A stretch of DNA of 64,000 nucleotides from Candidatus Thorarchaeota archaeon (GCA_016839275.1 JAEOUM010000064.1:6470-70469), one strand, 5' to 3'; positions 26,980 to 36,683 are shown, counted from the first letter of the stretch. A program made the numbers and translations. Notes: a model not told the origin generated them from the sequence alone.

Positions 26980-28057
26980 TCTTCTTCAACAAGTAGAAAG
27001 TCACACCAACAATCATTACAACAGATGATATAATTAGCATCGGCACAATCGCACTGGGTATCTGTTCGAAACCTTCGGATAACCAACCAATGATGTTAGT
27101 GAAGAGTCTAGCATTGTCTCCCACATAGAAGTATTGCAACTCAGAGCCCTCAAGGTCCAATGTCATCCCTGTGAACATAATTGTAGACCCTGCGATTACG
27201 ATTCTGCTTGAACCATACTCAAGAGCAGATATCCATGACGGAAAGGTTCCATTAAGTGCTGAGTAGGACCGTGGTCTTAATGCATATTCTTCTTCTGTAA
27301 TATTCGGTCGTGAGTAATTAGCCCATCCGTTAACGCTAACTTGGTACTGTGCAAAGGAACTCTCATATCCATGTCCAATACTACTAGCTAGCTCGATTGG
27401 TTTGAGAGTTGCAGTAATCGTATACAGCTCATTGATATTTCTGAAAATTGGATGTGTGGAAGACCATGTTGTTGAATCAAGTCTTAGGAGCCAAGGTGTA
27501 CTTTCGTTAAGTGCATGATCATAGTCGAACATTGTATCAGACCAATAGTGGGTGAGAGTATCATTTTGACTGAAGCGGATACCAGTAACATTGAGACCAT
27601 CAAGTAGTCTGTTCAAGGCGACATTTTCTCCAATATCCTGCATCTCGACTTCGCTCCAGTAGGTTGATTGTTGACCTAGTGCTGGATCTCCAAGGATGAA
27701 TAATGAACTGCCATTTGCGAGCATCTCATTGATTCCGTTGAACTCAGCTGTTGTGAAGGGCGAAACTTGATCAGGAGCAGCAATTATCAAGATATCAACA
27801 TCGTTGAGAACCTCATCAGTTAGAGGGCCTTCATTGATACGAACAATGTATCTTGTGGAATCATTAACGAGGTCTACCACCAGCTTCAAGCCCAATGGAT
27901 CATCAAAAGCAAACTGTGGAGAATGACTAGCATCAAAAACAATAACGATAGGGTCTAGGTCAGTTTGGGCTTGAGCGACTGTTTGAAAGCTCGATAACAG
28001 TATTATGACTGTTAGGGCTAGTGCTAGTATTCTAGGGACCTTTCTGAGCTGAGTCAT
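26972..28057 (-). CDS. Secreted, C-terminally membrane-anchored protein (DUF4350/GldG-like fold suspected), rich in N-glycosylation sequons
   Basis: Signal-like N-terminus (MTQLRKVPRILALALTVIILLSSFQTVAQAQ from ATG 28057) and a C-terminal TM plus KKIR. There are 8 N-x-S/T sequons. The VIVFDASH...ILIIAAP...SLFILGD pattern is also present. Confidence 0.45.
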   Translation of the reverse strand: MTQLRKVPRILALALTVIILLSSFQTVAQAQTDLDPIVIVFDASHSPQFAFDDPLGLKLVVDLVNDSTRYIVRINEGPLTDEVLNDVDILIIAAPDQVSPFTTAEFNGINEMLANGSSLFILGDPALGQQSTYWSEVEMQDIGENVALNRLLDGLNVTGIRFSQNDTLTHYWSDTMFDYDHALNESTPWLLRLDSTTWSSTHPIFRNINELYTITATLKPIELASSIGHGYESSFAQYQVSVNGWANYSRPNITEEEYALRPRSYSALNGTFPSWISALEYGSSRIVIAGSTIMFTGMTLDLEGSELQYFYVGDNARLFTNIIGWLSEGFEQIPSAIVPMLIISSVVMIVGVTFYLLKKIR

Positions 28058-28149
28058 TTGATGTATCCGACCTCTTTGAGCAGTCAAAATGGCAGACTTG
28101 AGGGCGTGTTTTAAAGTTATCTTCAGTACGAATATTGAATCACTAGCAT

Positions 28150-28536
28150 TCAGTCTGTCCGCCGCCATTCAACATACATCTTCCGCCGTTCGGCGTCTGA
28201 AGAGTCTATATTATCATATAGATTCCTAATTTCAGCAATTTGCTGTGCCAGAAGATGATAGCACATATTGATTTCTCGGGATATTACGACATCCTGGTAA
28301 AAACTTCTGCAGGTACAGTAGATCTTAGGAATCACCATATACTGTCTCCCTCGACCTCTTACTATCCATGTTGTAGTGTTGCTCGGCTGAAATTGATATT
28401 TCACTACCTTGTTCTCCTCAACAACTTGGAGTGCCCTAACAAACCTCTTTCCATACCTGCTTCGAAAATATTCGATGTCGCTTTGAGTAAGACTCTCCGC
28501 AGAGAGTTTCTTCACTTCAGTTGATGATAGAGCCAT
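28150..28536 (-). CDS. SWIM zinc-finger protein
   Basis: CxC...CxH signature: YCTCRSFYQDVVISREINMCYHLLAQ. Confidence 0.7.
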   Translation of the reverse strand: MALSSTEVKKLSAESLTQSDIEYFRSRYGKRFVRALQVVEENKVVKYQFQPSNTTTWIVRGRGRQYMVIPKIYCTCRSFYQDVVISREINMCYHLLAQQIAEIRNLYDNIDSSDAERRKMYVEWRRTD

Positions 28537-28599
28537 AACATTCAGTCTTTGTCTAGTACAAGGAGGTTAAAATGTTGTATCATTGAAGTGTAACTAACG

Positions 28600-29451
28600 A
28601 TGGAGCTAATATTTGACGATAGAGGCATGATAATTCGTAGGGATAATGTTTCAGTCCTGTTAATTTCAGACCTTCATCTTGGTTTTGAAGAGGTGATTTC
28701 AGAGGAAAAAGGTGTTCACTTTCCACTGCAACATGTTAACATTCTTGAACGAATCAAAACGTTAGTCGAAAAGTATGATGTGCAAATACTGTATGTTATG
28801 GGAGATGTAAAGCATACAATCATGACAGACATTCCATTTAACTGGGACATTCTTCCCGATTTTATGTCTGATTTATCGAATGTTGTGAGAACTGTAGTGA
28901 TACCTGGAAATCATGATGGAGATCTTGAAGCATTGCTCCCACGAAACGTGGAATTAGCAGACGTTCGTGGCGTTTTGATAGGTAAGGGAGAAGAGAGAGT
29001 GAGTCTATTTCATGGGCATGCTTGGCCTGCACCCAATTTACTTGATGCTTCATTATTTGTTATGGGACATACTCACCCTTCGGTGAGTAGGTTTCATACC
29101 GTATCAAGTTCGAACACAGGACGGGACAATAGAAGGAGATACGCTGGATCTGTGCCCGTCATCCTTCACTCAAAGTTGGACAAGGACTGTGTCAGGCGGT
29201 ATTTGGGAATGCTAGAAATTCCTGATGATGAGTATGCAAAACTAGTCACCTTACCGAGTTTCAACAGGATTGTGACAGGAATTGCTGTCAATTCGCCCAA
29301 TTCAAAATTACCAGGTCCGATTTTTGATAATTCATGTGTAAATCTTTTTGATTCTGAGGTGTTCAGTATAGATGGACTCTTTCTTGGTTCTGTTGGATGG
29401 CTAAGAGAACGTTTCAACGAAACGATTAAATCTAAACCAAGAGGGGACTGA
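28600..29451 (+). CDS. Calcineurin-like metallophosphoesterase (archaeal ICC-like, COG1407-type)
   Basis: ISDLHLG, GDVKH, GNHD, HGH and GHTH metal-ligand motifs occur in the canonical order. Confidence 0.8.
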   Translation: MELIFDDRGMIIRRDNVSVLLISDLHLGFEEVISEEKGVHFPLQHVNILERIKTLVEKYDVQILYVMGDVKHTIMTDIPFNWDILPDFMSDLSNVVRTVVIPGNHDGDLEALLPRNVELADVRGVLIGKGEERVSLFHGHAWPAPNLLDASLFVMGHTHPSVSRFHTVSSSNTGRDNRRRYAGSVPVILHSKLDKDCVRRYLGMLEIPDDEYAKLVTLPSFNRIVTGIAVNSPNSKLPGPIFDNSCVNLFDSEVFSIDGLFLGSVGWLRERFNETIKSKPRGD

Positions 29452-29461
29452 TTCGAACCAT

Positions 29462-29538
29462 GGGTCGGTGGTCTAGCTTGGTATGATTCTTGGTTCGGAT
29501 CCAAGGGATCGGGCGTTCGAATCGCCTCCGGCCCACCA
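29462..29538 (+). tRNA. tRNA-Pro (CGG), no intron, CCA encoded
   Basis: Acceptor GGGTCGG/CCGGCCC, anticodon arm CTTGG-TTCGGAT-CCAAG, T arm GGGCG-TTCGAAT-CGCCT, then A-CCA. Confidence 0.9.
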
Positions 29539-29728
29539 ATCCTCTTCTTTTTGATAAATGATGAAAAGAAGAAATTATGCGTCCATAAATCAGCCATTTG
29601 CAGCATAATGGCTAAACTCTAGAGAACAGGATTGTATATCACTAATTGTAATAATATCGAAGGAAGACTTCAAAAGCGCCGTCTATTTAAGGTGCATTCA
29701 GAGGCAAAAATGGTGAGTGAGAGAAACC

Positions 29729-30670
29729 ATGGGGACTGGTTCAGGAAAAGGTAAGGTAATTCTGTTTGGCGAGCACTTTGTGGTCTACGGGCTTCCGGCA
29801 TTAGCAGCAGGAATCTCATCTGAAACAACTGCAAGGCTAACACGCGTGAGGTCCTTTGGATATACACTTGTTGATAATCGACCTGCAATGCCTGGCTACA
29901 AAAAGGAGAAGTATGAAGAACAGAAAGCCTCGCTAGAGATTATACTGAAACATCTCAATATCGACACGACAAAAATGGGATTTCAAATTGATCTTGAAGG
30001 AAACCTTGTCTGTGCCTCAGGAATTGGAGCCAGTGCAGCCAGTTGTGTAGCAATTGCCAGAGCCCTCAATGACGAGTTCAAACTTGGACTAGATGATGAA
30101 CAAATAAATGAGGCAGCCTATGAAGGAGAGAAAGGATATCATGGAACACCTTCAGGATTAGATAATACTGCATCAACTTATGGGGGGCTGGTCTGGTTTG
30201 AACGAGATTTGAGTGGAGGGGCTCCAAAATTTGAAAGATTGAAACTTGACACAGCGATGTATCTCGTGATTGCAGCAACTGGCATTACTGCAAGTACGAA
30301 AGTTGTAGTGGGCGATGTAAGAGCAAAGAAAGAGGCAAATCCCGAATGGTTCGAGCAAATCTCGAAAGAGTATATGCGACTTGTTCATGATGCAAAAGAA
30401 TCGCTAATCAAGAGTGATATCGAAAGAGTTGGAGAATTGATGGACGAGAACCATGAATTGTTACAGCAGTTAACAGTTTCATGTACAGAACTGGATAATT
30501 TAGTTAAGATTGCCAGAGAGAATGGGGCGGCTGGATCAAAGATGACAGGTACCGGTCGAGGTGGTAATATGATAGCTCTCGCTCCTGATGAGATGACAAT
30601 GAAGAAGATTGCAAAGGCCCTTGAAAACGCAAAAGCCGCGGGAGTGTGGACAACATCATTCGGAAAATGA
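29729..30670 (+). CDS. mvk: Mevalonate kinase
   Basis: GHMP kinase. N-terminal GKVILFGEHFVVYG, motif II (GIGASAAS), motif III (KMTGTGRGG). A TATA-like CTATTTAAGG lies at 29683-29692. Confidence 0.9.
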   Translation: MGTGSGKGKVILFGEHFVVYGLPALAAGISSETTARLTRVRSFGYTLVDNRPAMPGYKKEKYEEQKASLEIILKHLNIDTTKMGFQIDLEGNLVCASGIGASAASCVAIARALNDEFKLGLDDEQINEAAYEGEKGYHGTPSGLDNTASTYGGLVWFERDLSGGAPKFERLKLDTAMYLVIAATGITASTKVVVGDVRAKKEANPEWFEQISKEYMRLVHDAKESLIKSDIERVGELMDENHELLQQLTVSCTELDNLVKIARENGAAGSKMTGTGRGGNMIALAPDEMTMKKIAKALENAKAAGVWTTSFGK

Positions 30671-30680
30671 GGTGAATCAT

Positions 30681-31988
30681 ATGATACTTGAGAATTACAT
30701 TATCTCGTTACAGAAACAAGACAAGATTACAACAATTAAGAGGGAAATATCGAAGCATCTTGAGATAGCAGGCGTTTTGAAAACACTTGAACCAACTCCA
30801 GTATTATTCGAGAGAGTCAAAGAAAGTGAATTTCGAGTGGCTGGTAATTTGTTCTGTAACAAGAAACAGATTGCGGATTATTTTGGAATTCGGGCAGAAG
30901 AAATCATTCCAACTCTTACAAGAGCAATAGAGAATAAGAGTCCCCCAGAACAAACCGACAAAGGAGCTTGTCAGGAAGTAATTGAAGATACTGTAGATTT
31001 GGATAAGCTGCCAATTTTATTCCACAATGAAATAGATGGTGGACCATACATTTCCTCAGGTGTTGTTGTATCAGCTGATCCTGAATACGGACAGAATCTA
31101 GATTTCCATAGGGCTATGCAAATTGGAAAGGATAAGATGGTAACAAGAGTAGTCCGCGGAAGAGACTTCTACAATTTCCTAAAACGTAATGGTGAAGTTG
31201 ATGTGGCATTTTGTATTGGAAATACACCTGAAGTACTCATAGCAGCCGCAACTTCAGTTGATACAGGTATAGATGAATTAGAAATAGCTAATGCCCTCAG
31301 AGGCATCAAAGTAACTAAAGCAAAGACTGTTGATCTGATGATACCAGCAGATACTGAATTTGTGTTGGAGGGACGTGTTTTCCTAGAAGAAACACATAGC
31401 GAGGGACCATTCATAGATCTTACTGAAACTGTTGATGTCATTCGACAAGAGCCTGTTTTTGAATTGAAAAGAATCACACATAGAAAGACTGCCATATGGC
31501 AAGGTCTACTTCCAGGAAGATCAGAGCACAAAATATTGATGGGAATGCCCAGAGAACCGACTATTTTCAAGAAAGTGAAGGACAGGGGTATTGATGTTCT
31601 TGATGTGTATATTACACCTGGTGGAGCAAGTTGGTTGCATGTTGCCATCAAAATAAAGAAAAAGAATGAGGATGACGGGATACAGACATTGGAGGCAGCT
31701 TTTGCGGGGCACAAGAGTGCAAAACACATCTGGGTCTATGATGAGGATATTGACATATACTCAGATGAGGAACGAGAGTGGGCAATGGCTACAAGATTTC
31801 AGGCAGATGATGATTTACTAATTAAAGACCGAGAAACAGGTAGTTCGTTAGACCCAAGTGCAGAAGCAGGCACAAATCTAACAACTAAGTGTGGTTTTGA
31901 CTGTACTAAGGTATTGGAAACCAAGGGCAAGAGCTTTGACAAGGCAAAGTTTCCAGAGGTTGATATGAAGAAGTTTCTAGGTGAGTAA
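30681..31988 (+). CDS. UbiD-family decarboxylase, probable trans-anhydromevalonate 5-phosphate decarboxylase
   Basis: UbiD-fold length and blocks (GGPYISSGVVV, CIGNTPEV). It sits between mvk and the AcnX-type dehydratase genes. Start at ATG 30681. Confidence 0.7.
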   Translation: MILENYIISLQKQDKITTIKREISKHLEIAGVLKTLEPTPVLFERVKESEFRVAGNLFCNKKQIADYFGIRAEEIIPTLTRAIENKSPPEQTDKGACQEVIEDTVDLDKLPILFHNEIDGGPYISSGVVVSADPEYGQNLDFHRAMQIGKDKMVTRVVRGRDFYNFLKRNGEVDVAFCIGNTPEVLIAAATSVDTGIDELEIANALRGIKVTKAKTVDLMIPADTEFVLEGRVFLEETHSEGPFIDLTETVDVIRQEPVFELKRITHRKTAIWQGLLPGRSEHKILMGMPREPTIFKKVKDRGIDVLDVYITPGGASWLHVAIKIKKKNEDDGIQTLEAAFAGHKSAKHIWVYDEDIDIYSDEEREWAMATRFQADDDLLIKDRETGSSLDPSAEAGTNLTTKCGFDCTKVLETKGKSFDKAKFPEVDMKKFLGE

Positions 31989-31989
31989 A

Positions 31990-33177
31990 ATGGTCTTGGA
32001 ACTGACATCTGAAGAGAGAGAGATGCTTGAAGGAAAACATGGAAAGGCAACTCGAAAAGCTATGGAGATTATTACAGCCCTAGGGGAGATTTATGGCGCA
32101 AAGCGTTTGATACCAGTTTCTAGCGTACAGATAGCAGGAGTATCTTATGACAATCTTGGTGAGGCAGGCCTGGAATATCTTAGTGAAATGGCAGAAGATG
32201 GTCAGACCCGTGTGCTCACAACTCTCAATCCTGCAGGAATGGACATGGTTGAATGGAAAAAGCATGGAATAAGTGAAGAATTTGCAGAAAACCAACAAAG
32301 AGTTGTAGATGCATTTGAGAAAATGGGAGTTGTGACAACATGCACTTGTACCCCCTATCTTATTGGAAACCTACCACACTTTGGTGAACATATTGCATGG
32401 GCAGAGTCCTCCGCAGTTTGTTTTGCTAACTCAGTCATTGGTGCTTATACAAATAGAGAGGGGGGTCCAAGCGCACTAGCTGCTGCACTTACGGGCGTGA
32501 CTGCAGAGTATGGGTTACACCTCAACGAGAACAGATTTGCTCAGGTCAGATACGAGGTGCAGACAGAACTAAAGGAAACTAATGACTTTGGTTTTCTAGG
32601 ACAAGTCATTGGGAACAGAACTGGCAAAGCAATTCCATACATTGTTGGCGTGAAAAAAGCGACTACTGAACAGTTGAAATCATTCAGCGCTTCTGTTGCA
32701 ACTTATGGGGGTGTAGCTATTTTCCATATGGAGGGAATTACACCCAATAGAACTACAATTCCAGATAAGACAGAGGTCGTCACGGAAGAGGACTTGAAGC
32801 AAGCTCAGATAGAGCTAGATGATGAAGAAGCGGTTATTGATTTCATCAGTATAGGCTGTCCACATGCTAGTATAAAGGAGATCGCAGAGATAGCAAGTAT
32901 GCTCAAGGGCAGAAAAGTTTCTGATGGGAAGACGGTTTGGATTACTACTGCTAAACCTACTAAAGACCTAGCTATCAAGATGGGGTATTATGATCAGATA
33001 GAACAAGCAGGGGCGTATCTTGTTGCGGATGCTTGTTGTGCTGTGGCTCCACTAAAAGGCAGGTTCACAGGGTTGATGACCGATTCCGCAAAAGCCTGTT
33101 TCTATGCACGTGGGAAGAATAAGTTCAAGACAGAGATACGAACCATGAAGGACTGTATCAGGGAGGCGGTTTCATAA
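31990..33177 (+). CDS. Phosphomevalonate dehydratase large subunit (aconitase X catalytic domain, DUF521)
   Basis: N-terminal LTSEEREMLEGKHGKATRKAMEIITALGEIYGAKRLIPVSSVQIAG is typical of DUF521/AcnX. Confidence 0.8.
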   Translation: MVLELTSEEREMLEGKHGKATRKAMEIITALGEIYGAKRLIPVSSVQIAGVSYDNLGEAGLEYLSEMAEDGQTRVLTTLNPAGMDMVEWKKHGISEEFAENQQRVVDAFEKMGVVTTCTCTPYLIGNLPHFGEHIAWAESSAVCFANSVIGAYTNREGGPSALAAALTGVTAEYGLHLNENRFAQVRYEVQTELKETNDFGFLGQVIGNRTGKAIPYIVGVKKATTEQLKSFSASVATYGGVAIFHMEGITPNRTTIPDKTEVVTEEDLKQAQIELDDEEAVIDFISIGCPHASIKEIAEIASMLKGRKVSDGKTVWITTAKPTKDLAIKMGYYDQIEQAGAYLVADACCAVAPLKGRFTGLMTDSAKACFYARGKNKFKTEIRTMKDCIREAVS

Positions 33178-33563
33178 TGCAAGGTCGAAAAATCTTCAAG
33201 GGGAAGGTAGTTGGAGAAGCCCTCGTCACTGGAGAGGACATATCATTCTATGGTGGTTGTGATCCTGAAACCGGCGAGATTGTAGAGAAAGGACATCATT
33301 TAGAAGGTAAGTCGATTGCAGGAAAGGTTCTTGTTTTCCCCTCTGGAAAGGGATCAACAGTAGGCTCTTATGTCCTTTATGCCCTAAAGAAGGCAGAAAA
33401 GGCGCCTTTGGCTATTGTAAATAGGATAATGGATCCTGTAGTCGCAGTGGGCTGTATCATATCAGAGATACCGGCAGTGGACCAGATTGAAATTGAGAAG
33501 ATTACTACTGGACAAAAAATAGAAGTTGACGCCGATAACGGCGTCGTTACTCTCATAGAGTGA
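33177..33563 (+). CDS. Phosphomevalonate dehydratase small subunit (aconitase X swivel domain, DUF126)
   Basis: 128 aa. GEALVTGEDISFYGGCDPETGEI...GKVLVFPSGKGSTVGSYVLY. The start overlaps the large-subunit stop (TAATG). Confidence 0.8.
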   Translation: MQGRKIFKGKVVGEALVTGEDISFYGGCDPETGEIVEKGHHLEGKSIAGKVLVFPSGKGSTVGSYVLYALKKAEKAPLAIVNRIMDPVVAVGCIISEIPAVDQIEIEKITTGQKIEVDADNGVVTLIE

Positions 33564-33566
33564 AAA

Positions 33567-34202
33567 TCAGAAACGTTGGACTTGAGGCTCAAAATCCTCT
33601 GGAGTGAAAGCTGGTTCACTGTCCTCAGGCATATCACCTCTTTCCTTGAGCACTTGAGTAGTGACAAGGTAATATACCAAAGCAAGTGACTTTCGTCCAC
33701 GATTGTTTGTCGGTATCACAAGGTCCACATTTGTAGTTGCATTGTCAGTATCGCAAAGAGCGATTACTGGAACGCCAATCTTTGCAGCTTCGTTGAGTGC
33801 TTGCTGATCTGTGCGCGGGTCTGTGAGTATCACTACATCTGGTTCTATGTACTGTCTTGGACCTGCAATATTAGGATTTGTCAAAGTCCCAGGGACAAAC
33901 CTCTCTGTGAAAGCATTTGCTCCAATATAATATGCAAAGGTTTCAACGGGACGTTTGCCATATACTCGACCAGATACCACAACAATCTTTGAAGGATCAA
34001 AACGAGCTAGAAACTTACCGACCTGTCTAATTCGTTCATCTGTTTTACGAACATCAAGAACATAAAGACCAATTGGACGTTGCCTATAGACAAATGGCTC
34101 CATATCTTGTGTCTTGACTTGTGTACCAATATGACAACCTGCAGCTAAGTATTTGTCCATTGGTGTCAAGAGATCTGAGTCAGTGACTTCTATATCACTC
34201 AT
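33567..34202 (-). CDS. rps2: Ribosomal protein uS2
   Basis: [18 protein letters not shown]... and conserved position at the end of the rpoD-L18e-L13-S9-rpoN cluster. Confidence 0.9.
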   Translation of the reverse strand: MSDIEVTDSDLLTPMDKYLAAGCHIGTQVKTQDMEPFVYRQRPIGLYVLDVRKTDERIRQVGKFLARFDPSKIVVVSGRVYGKRPVETFAYYIGANAFTERFVPGTLTNPNIAGPRQYIEPDVVILTDPRTDQQALNEAAKIGVPVIALCDTDNATTNVDLVIPTNNRGRKSLALVYYLVTTQVLKERGDMPEDSEPAFTPEDFEPQVQRF

Positions 34203-34203
34203 T

Positions 34204-34419
34204 TTATCTTACCTCCGCAGGGGTGACTGTGGAAAATGCCATGAAACTATCAATAATGTCAATTTGAGCAAGTAGCATTCTTCGGCAGCAGAATCTATTC
34301 AATCCAAGATTGTCTAAAACAACAGCGGGATCTTCACCTTGTCTTACTTCTCGTTTGAACTGTTCGTATTTGTCAGCTACTACTTTCCCGCAAGTGAAAC
34401 ATCGTACTGGTATTATCAT
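34204..34419 (-). CDS. rpoN: RNA polymerase subunit N (Rpb10 homologue)
   Basis: [21 protein letters not shown]...FCCRRM zinc bundle. Confidence 0.9.
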   Translation of the reverse strand: MIIPVRCFTCGKVVADKYEQFKREVRQGEDPAVVLDNLGLNRFCCRRMLLAQIDIIDSFMAFSTVTPAEVR

Positions 34420-34428
34420 TATATCGCC

Positions 34429-34827
34429 TCACCTGTATGATTTTTGATATCGTGAACGTGCTGATGGCCCACCGAACTTCTTTGGCTCTGTACGCCTCGG
34501 GTCGCCAACAAGCATAGTTCTGTCATGCTCTATCATCTTTGAACGTGCTTCGAAGTCTTGACTCATGCGAATCAATCCGGTTGCTACAGCCATCCGTACT
34601 GCATCTGCTTGACTCATGAAACCGCCTCCTCGAACTCTCACTTTAATGTCATAACGTTTCCAGCTGTCGCCAAACAGAATCAAGGGTTCCATGATTCGCA
34701 TTCTTGCAAGCTCTGGCTGATGGACTTCCAAAGGTGTTCCGTTAATTCTTATCCGACCGGCACCATCCCTCAATGTGGCTTTTGCAAGACTTGTCTTTCT
34801 CTTGCCGGTACTTACTACTACTCTCAC
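34429..34827 (-). CDS. rps9: Ribosomal protein uS9
   Basis: VSTGKRKTSLAKATL...GGGFMSQADAVRMAV...KKFGGPSARSRYQKSYR. I prefer the GTG start at 34827, which is preceded by GGAGGT and abuts the L13 stop, over the overlapping ATG at 34863. Confidence 0.9.
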   Translation of the reverse strand: MRVVVSTGKRKTSLAKATLRDGAGRIRINGTPLEVHQPELARMRIMEPLILFGDSWKRYDIKVRVRGGGFMSQADAVRMAVATGLIRMSQDFEARSKMIEHDRTMLVGDPRRTEPKKFGGPSARSRYQKSYR

Positions 34828-34828
34828 T

Positions 34829-35290
34829 TCATGCCACCTCCGAGCTTCTCCAACCAAGTTCATGACTTAGTTCACTCACCTGAATGAACTTGTTCTTCAT
34901 GCTTCTGTAACGGGACTTTTCGAGCACGATTCTCTCAGCATTCATGTATTTCTCGGGGATTCCTATGTAGACCTTAATTCGTTTGTATGCCGCCTTACCT
35001 CTTGGTGTCGGCCACGGGAGCATTCCTCGAAACATCCTTCGAACCATCATATCAGGTCTACGTTCATGAAATGGACCTCGTGTGGGATTTGATGATGTTC
35101 GAATATCACGCTTTACTTTGAATGCCTCAATTACCGACCTACGATCGCCAGTGATGATGGCTTTCTCCACATTCACAATGACCACATTGTTTCCCATCAG
35201 AGCATCCTTTGCAACTCTAGTTCCAAGTCGGCCAACCACAATTTTCTCAGCATCATAAACTTTGACATTTTCTGTACTCATTGGAATCAC
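34829..35290 (-). CDS. rpl13: Ribosomal protein uL13
   Basis: VYDAEKIVVGRLGTRVAKDALMGNNVVIVN... and operon position. Confidence 0.9.
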   Translation of the reverse strand: MIPMSTENVKVYDAEKIVVGRLGTRVAKDALMGNNVVIVNVEKAIITGDRRSVIEAFKVKRDIRTSSNPTRGPFHERRPDMMVRRMFRGMLPWPTPRGKAAYKRIKVYIGIPEKYMNAERIVLEKSRYRSMKNKFIQVSELSHELGWRSSEVA

Positions 35291-35677
35291 CTATACAATA
35301 ATCATAATACCTCTCCCTTTCGGGGCTTGAGTGAGTAATTCGTCAATTGACATAACCGAACCACCAGCCTCAACGATGGCAGATCTTGCGGTTGAAGATG
35401 CATTCAGTGCTGCGACTGTTACTTTGTGCGTAATAATGCCAGAACCTAGTATTTTCCCGGGTACTACAACAATGTCACCCGCATTAGTATGACGCTCGAT
35501 CTTGCCAATATTCACTGCAGGACGCTGCCGTGCAGGTTGGGCAATCATCTCAGCTACTCGCTTCCAGATCCTGACATCGTGTTTCTTTGATGTCTTTCTA
35601 AGCGCATTAATCAGCGCACGTGTATTAGGGTCGGATGGGCCGCTTCTCACAGATCTCTCCATACTCTCATACCTCAT
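35291..35677 (-). CDS. rpl18e: Ribosomal protein eL18 (L18e)
   Basis: 128 aa. DPNTRALINALRKTSKKHDVRIWKRVAE... It follows rpoD as in other archaea. Confidence 0.85.
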   Translation of the reverse strand: MRYESMERSVRSGPSDPNTRALINALRKTSKKHDVRIWKRVAEMIAQPARQRPAVNIGKIERHTNAGDIVVVPGKILGSGIITHKVTVAALNASSTARSAIVEAGGSVMSIDELLTQAPKGRGIMIIV

Positions 35678-36474
35678 AGTGAATTTGCATAATCTAAAGC
35701 TAGCCTAATTCGTTCCTTCAGAATCTCAGCTGCCTTCTCAACAATCTCTTCAGGAGCCAGTGCTCCTGTGGATTCAACCTTGAACAGAAAACTGTCCTTC
35801 TTTGAATCGATTGTAATTGCTCCGGGTTCGCAGACTTCGACACATGCCTCACAAAGGCTACAGTCGAGAGTGTTCTGTGTTGCTATTGTATCGCCCTCAA
35901 CAAGCAGAATGTTCTTGGGACATACATTGACACAATCCCCACATTGATTGCACACTTCCTTGTTCACTTCGACAATTGGTACGTACTTGTACGACACCGT
36001 CGAAACTGGCTGGAACTTGGCATTTTCAACACCTTTTCCAAGACGCGCATACGCCTCAATGATTAGGTGTTGGTGGGGGGCAAGCTTCACTAGGGGAATA
36101 TCACCTGATGCGGGAACAACTTTTGGGTCTTGTGATGTCAAATCGCGTGAATAAACAATCTCTACTTCGTCTCCTGCTTGTTTCTCAAGAGTGAGCGTGC
36201 ACTGACAGAGACTACAGCCTTTCCCCTCACAATCACAATCCTCTGGGAGATTATAGCTTTCAAGGTCTGTCACTAGAGGAAGAAGTCCCATTCTATGAGC
36301 TAGCATTTCATCATACATGACGCTGGTATTCTCTAGAACTAGTACTTCATCAATCGCCATTGCAGGCAATCTAGTAAGCATGGTTCTCCGGAGTGCATTT
36401 GCGAAGGCAACATCTATACCTTCAGCTAGAAAGTGGATGATGTTATCCTGCTTACGAATTATTGTGATTTCCAT
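35674..36474 (-). CDS. rpoD: RNA polymerase subunit D (Rpb3 homologue) with a 4Fe-4S ferredoxin-like insert
   Basis: FANALRRTML N-terminus. Two Cys clusters: CNQCGDCVNVCP and CSLCEACVEVC. Confidence 0.9.
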   Translation of the reverse strand: MEITIIRKQDNIIHFLAEGIDVAFANALRRTMLTRLPAMAIDEVLVLENTSVMYDEMLAHRMGLLPLVTDLESYNLPEDCDCEGKGCSLCQCTLTLEKQAGDEVEIVYSRDLTSQDPKVVPASGDIPLVKLAPHQHLIIEAYARLGKGVENAKFQPVSTVSYKYVPIVEVNKEVCNQCGDCVNVCPKNILLVEGDTIATQNTLDCSLCEACVEVCEPGAITIDSKKDSFLFKVESTGALAPEEIVEKAAEILKERIRLALDYANSL

Positions 36475-36683
36475 TGACTCACCTTACCGCGGAGGTTAAT
36501 CCAATACCCAAAAGACATGTTCTTCCCGGATGGACTCGCTAAGTGGTTGTAGTCAACCAGATAGCTCATTCGCCCATGCCTTGGGCGGGTTCGTCTGCTG
36601 GCTCTGTACATAAAAGGATTGTCCTAAGACGCTAATATAGATTAGATTATTGGCGGGGCTAGCACGTACGTAGTAACATTGCA

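Noticed and set aside
29166-29606. 146-aa minus-strand ORF
   Set aside because: It is antisense to the 3' end of the metallophosphoesterase gene and reads straight through tRNA-Pro.
29557-29625. Possible C/D box sRNA downstream of tRNA-Pro (AATGATGA box-C-like sequence)
   Set aside because: There are no properly spaced CUGA D/D' boxes or C' box on either strand. Only a 7-bp hairpin (AGCCATT/AATGGCT) is present.
36475-36683. 209-bp spacer between the small GTPase and rpoD, considered as an ncRNA or missing S11/S4/S13 genes
   Set aside because: There is no ORF. Only a short hairpin (CGCCCA-TGCCT-TGGGCG) and TATA-like boxes are present, which is adequately explained as terminator plus rpoD promoter/leader.
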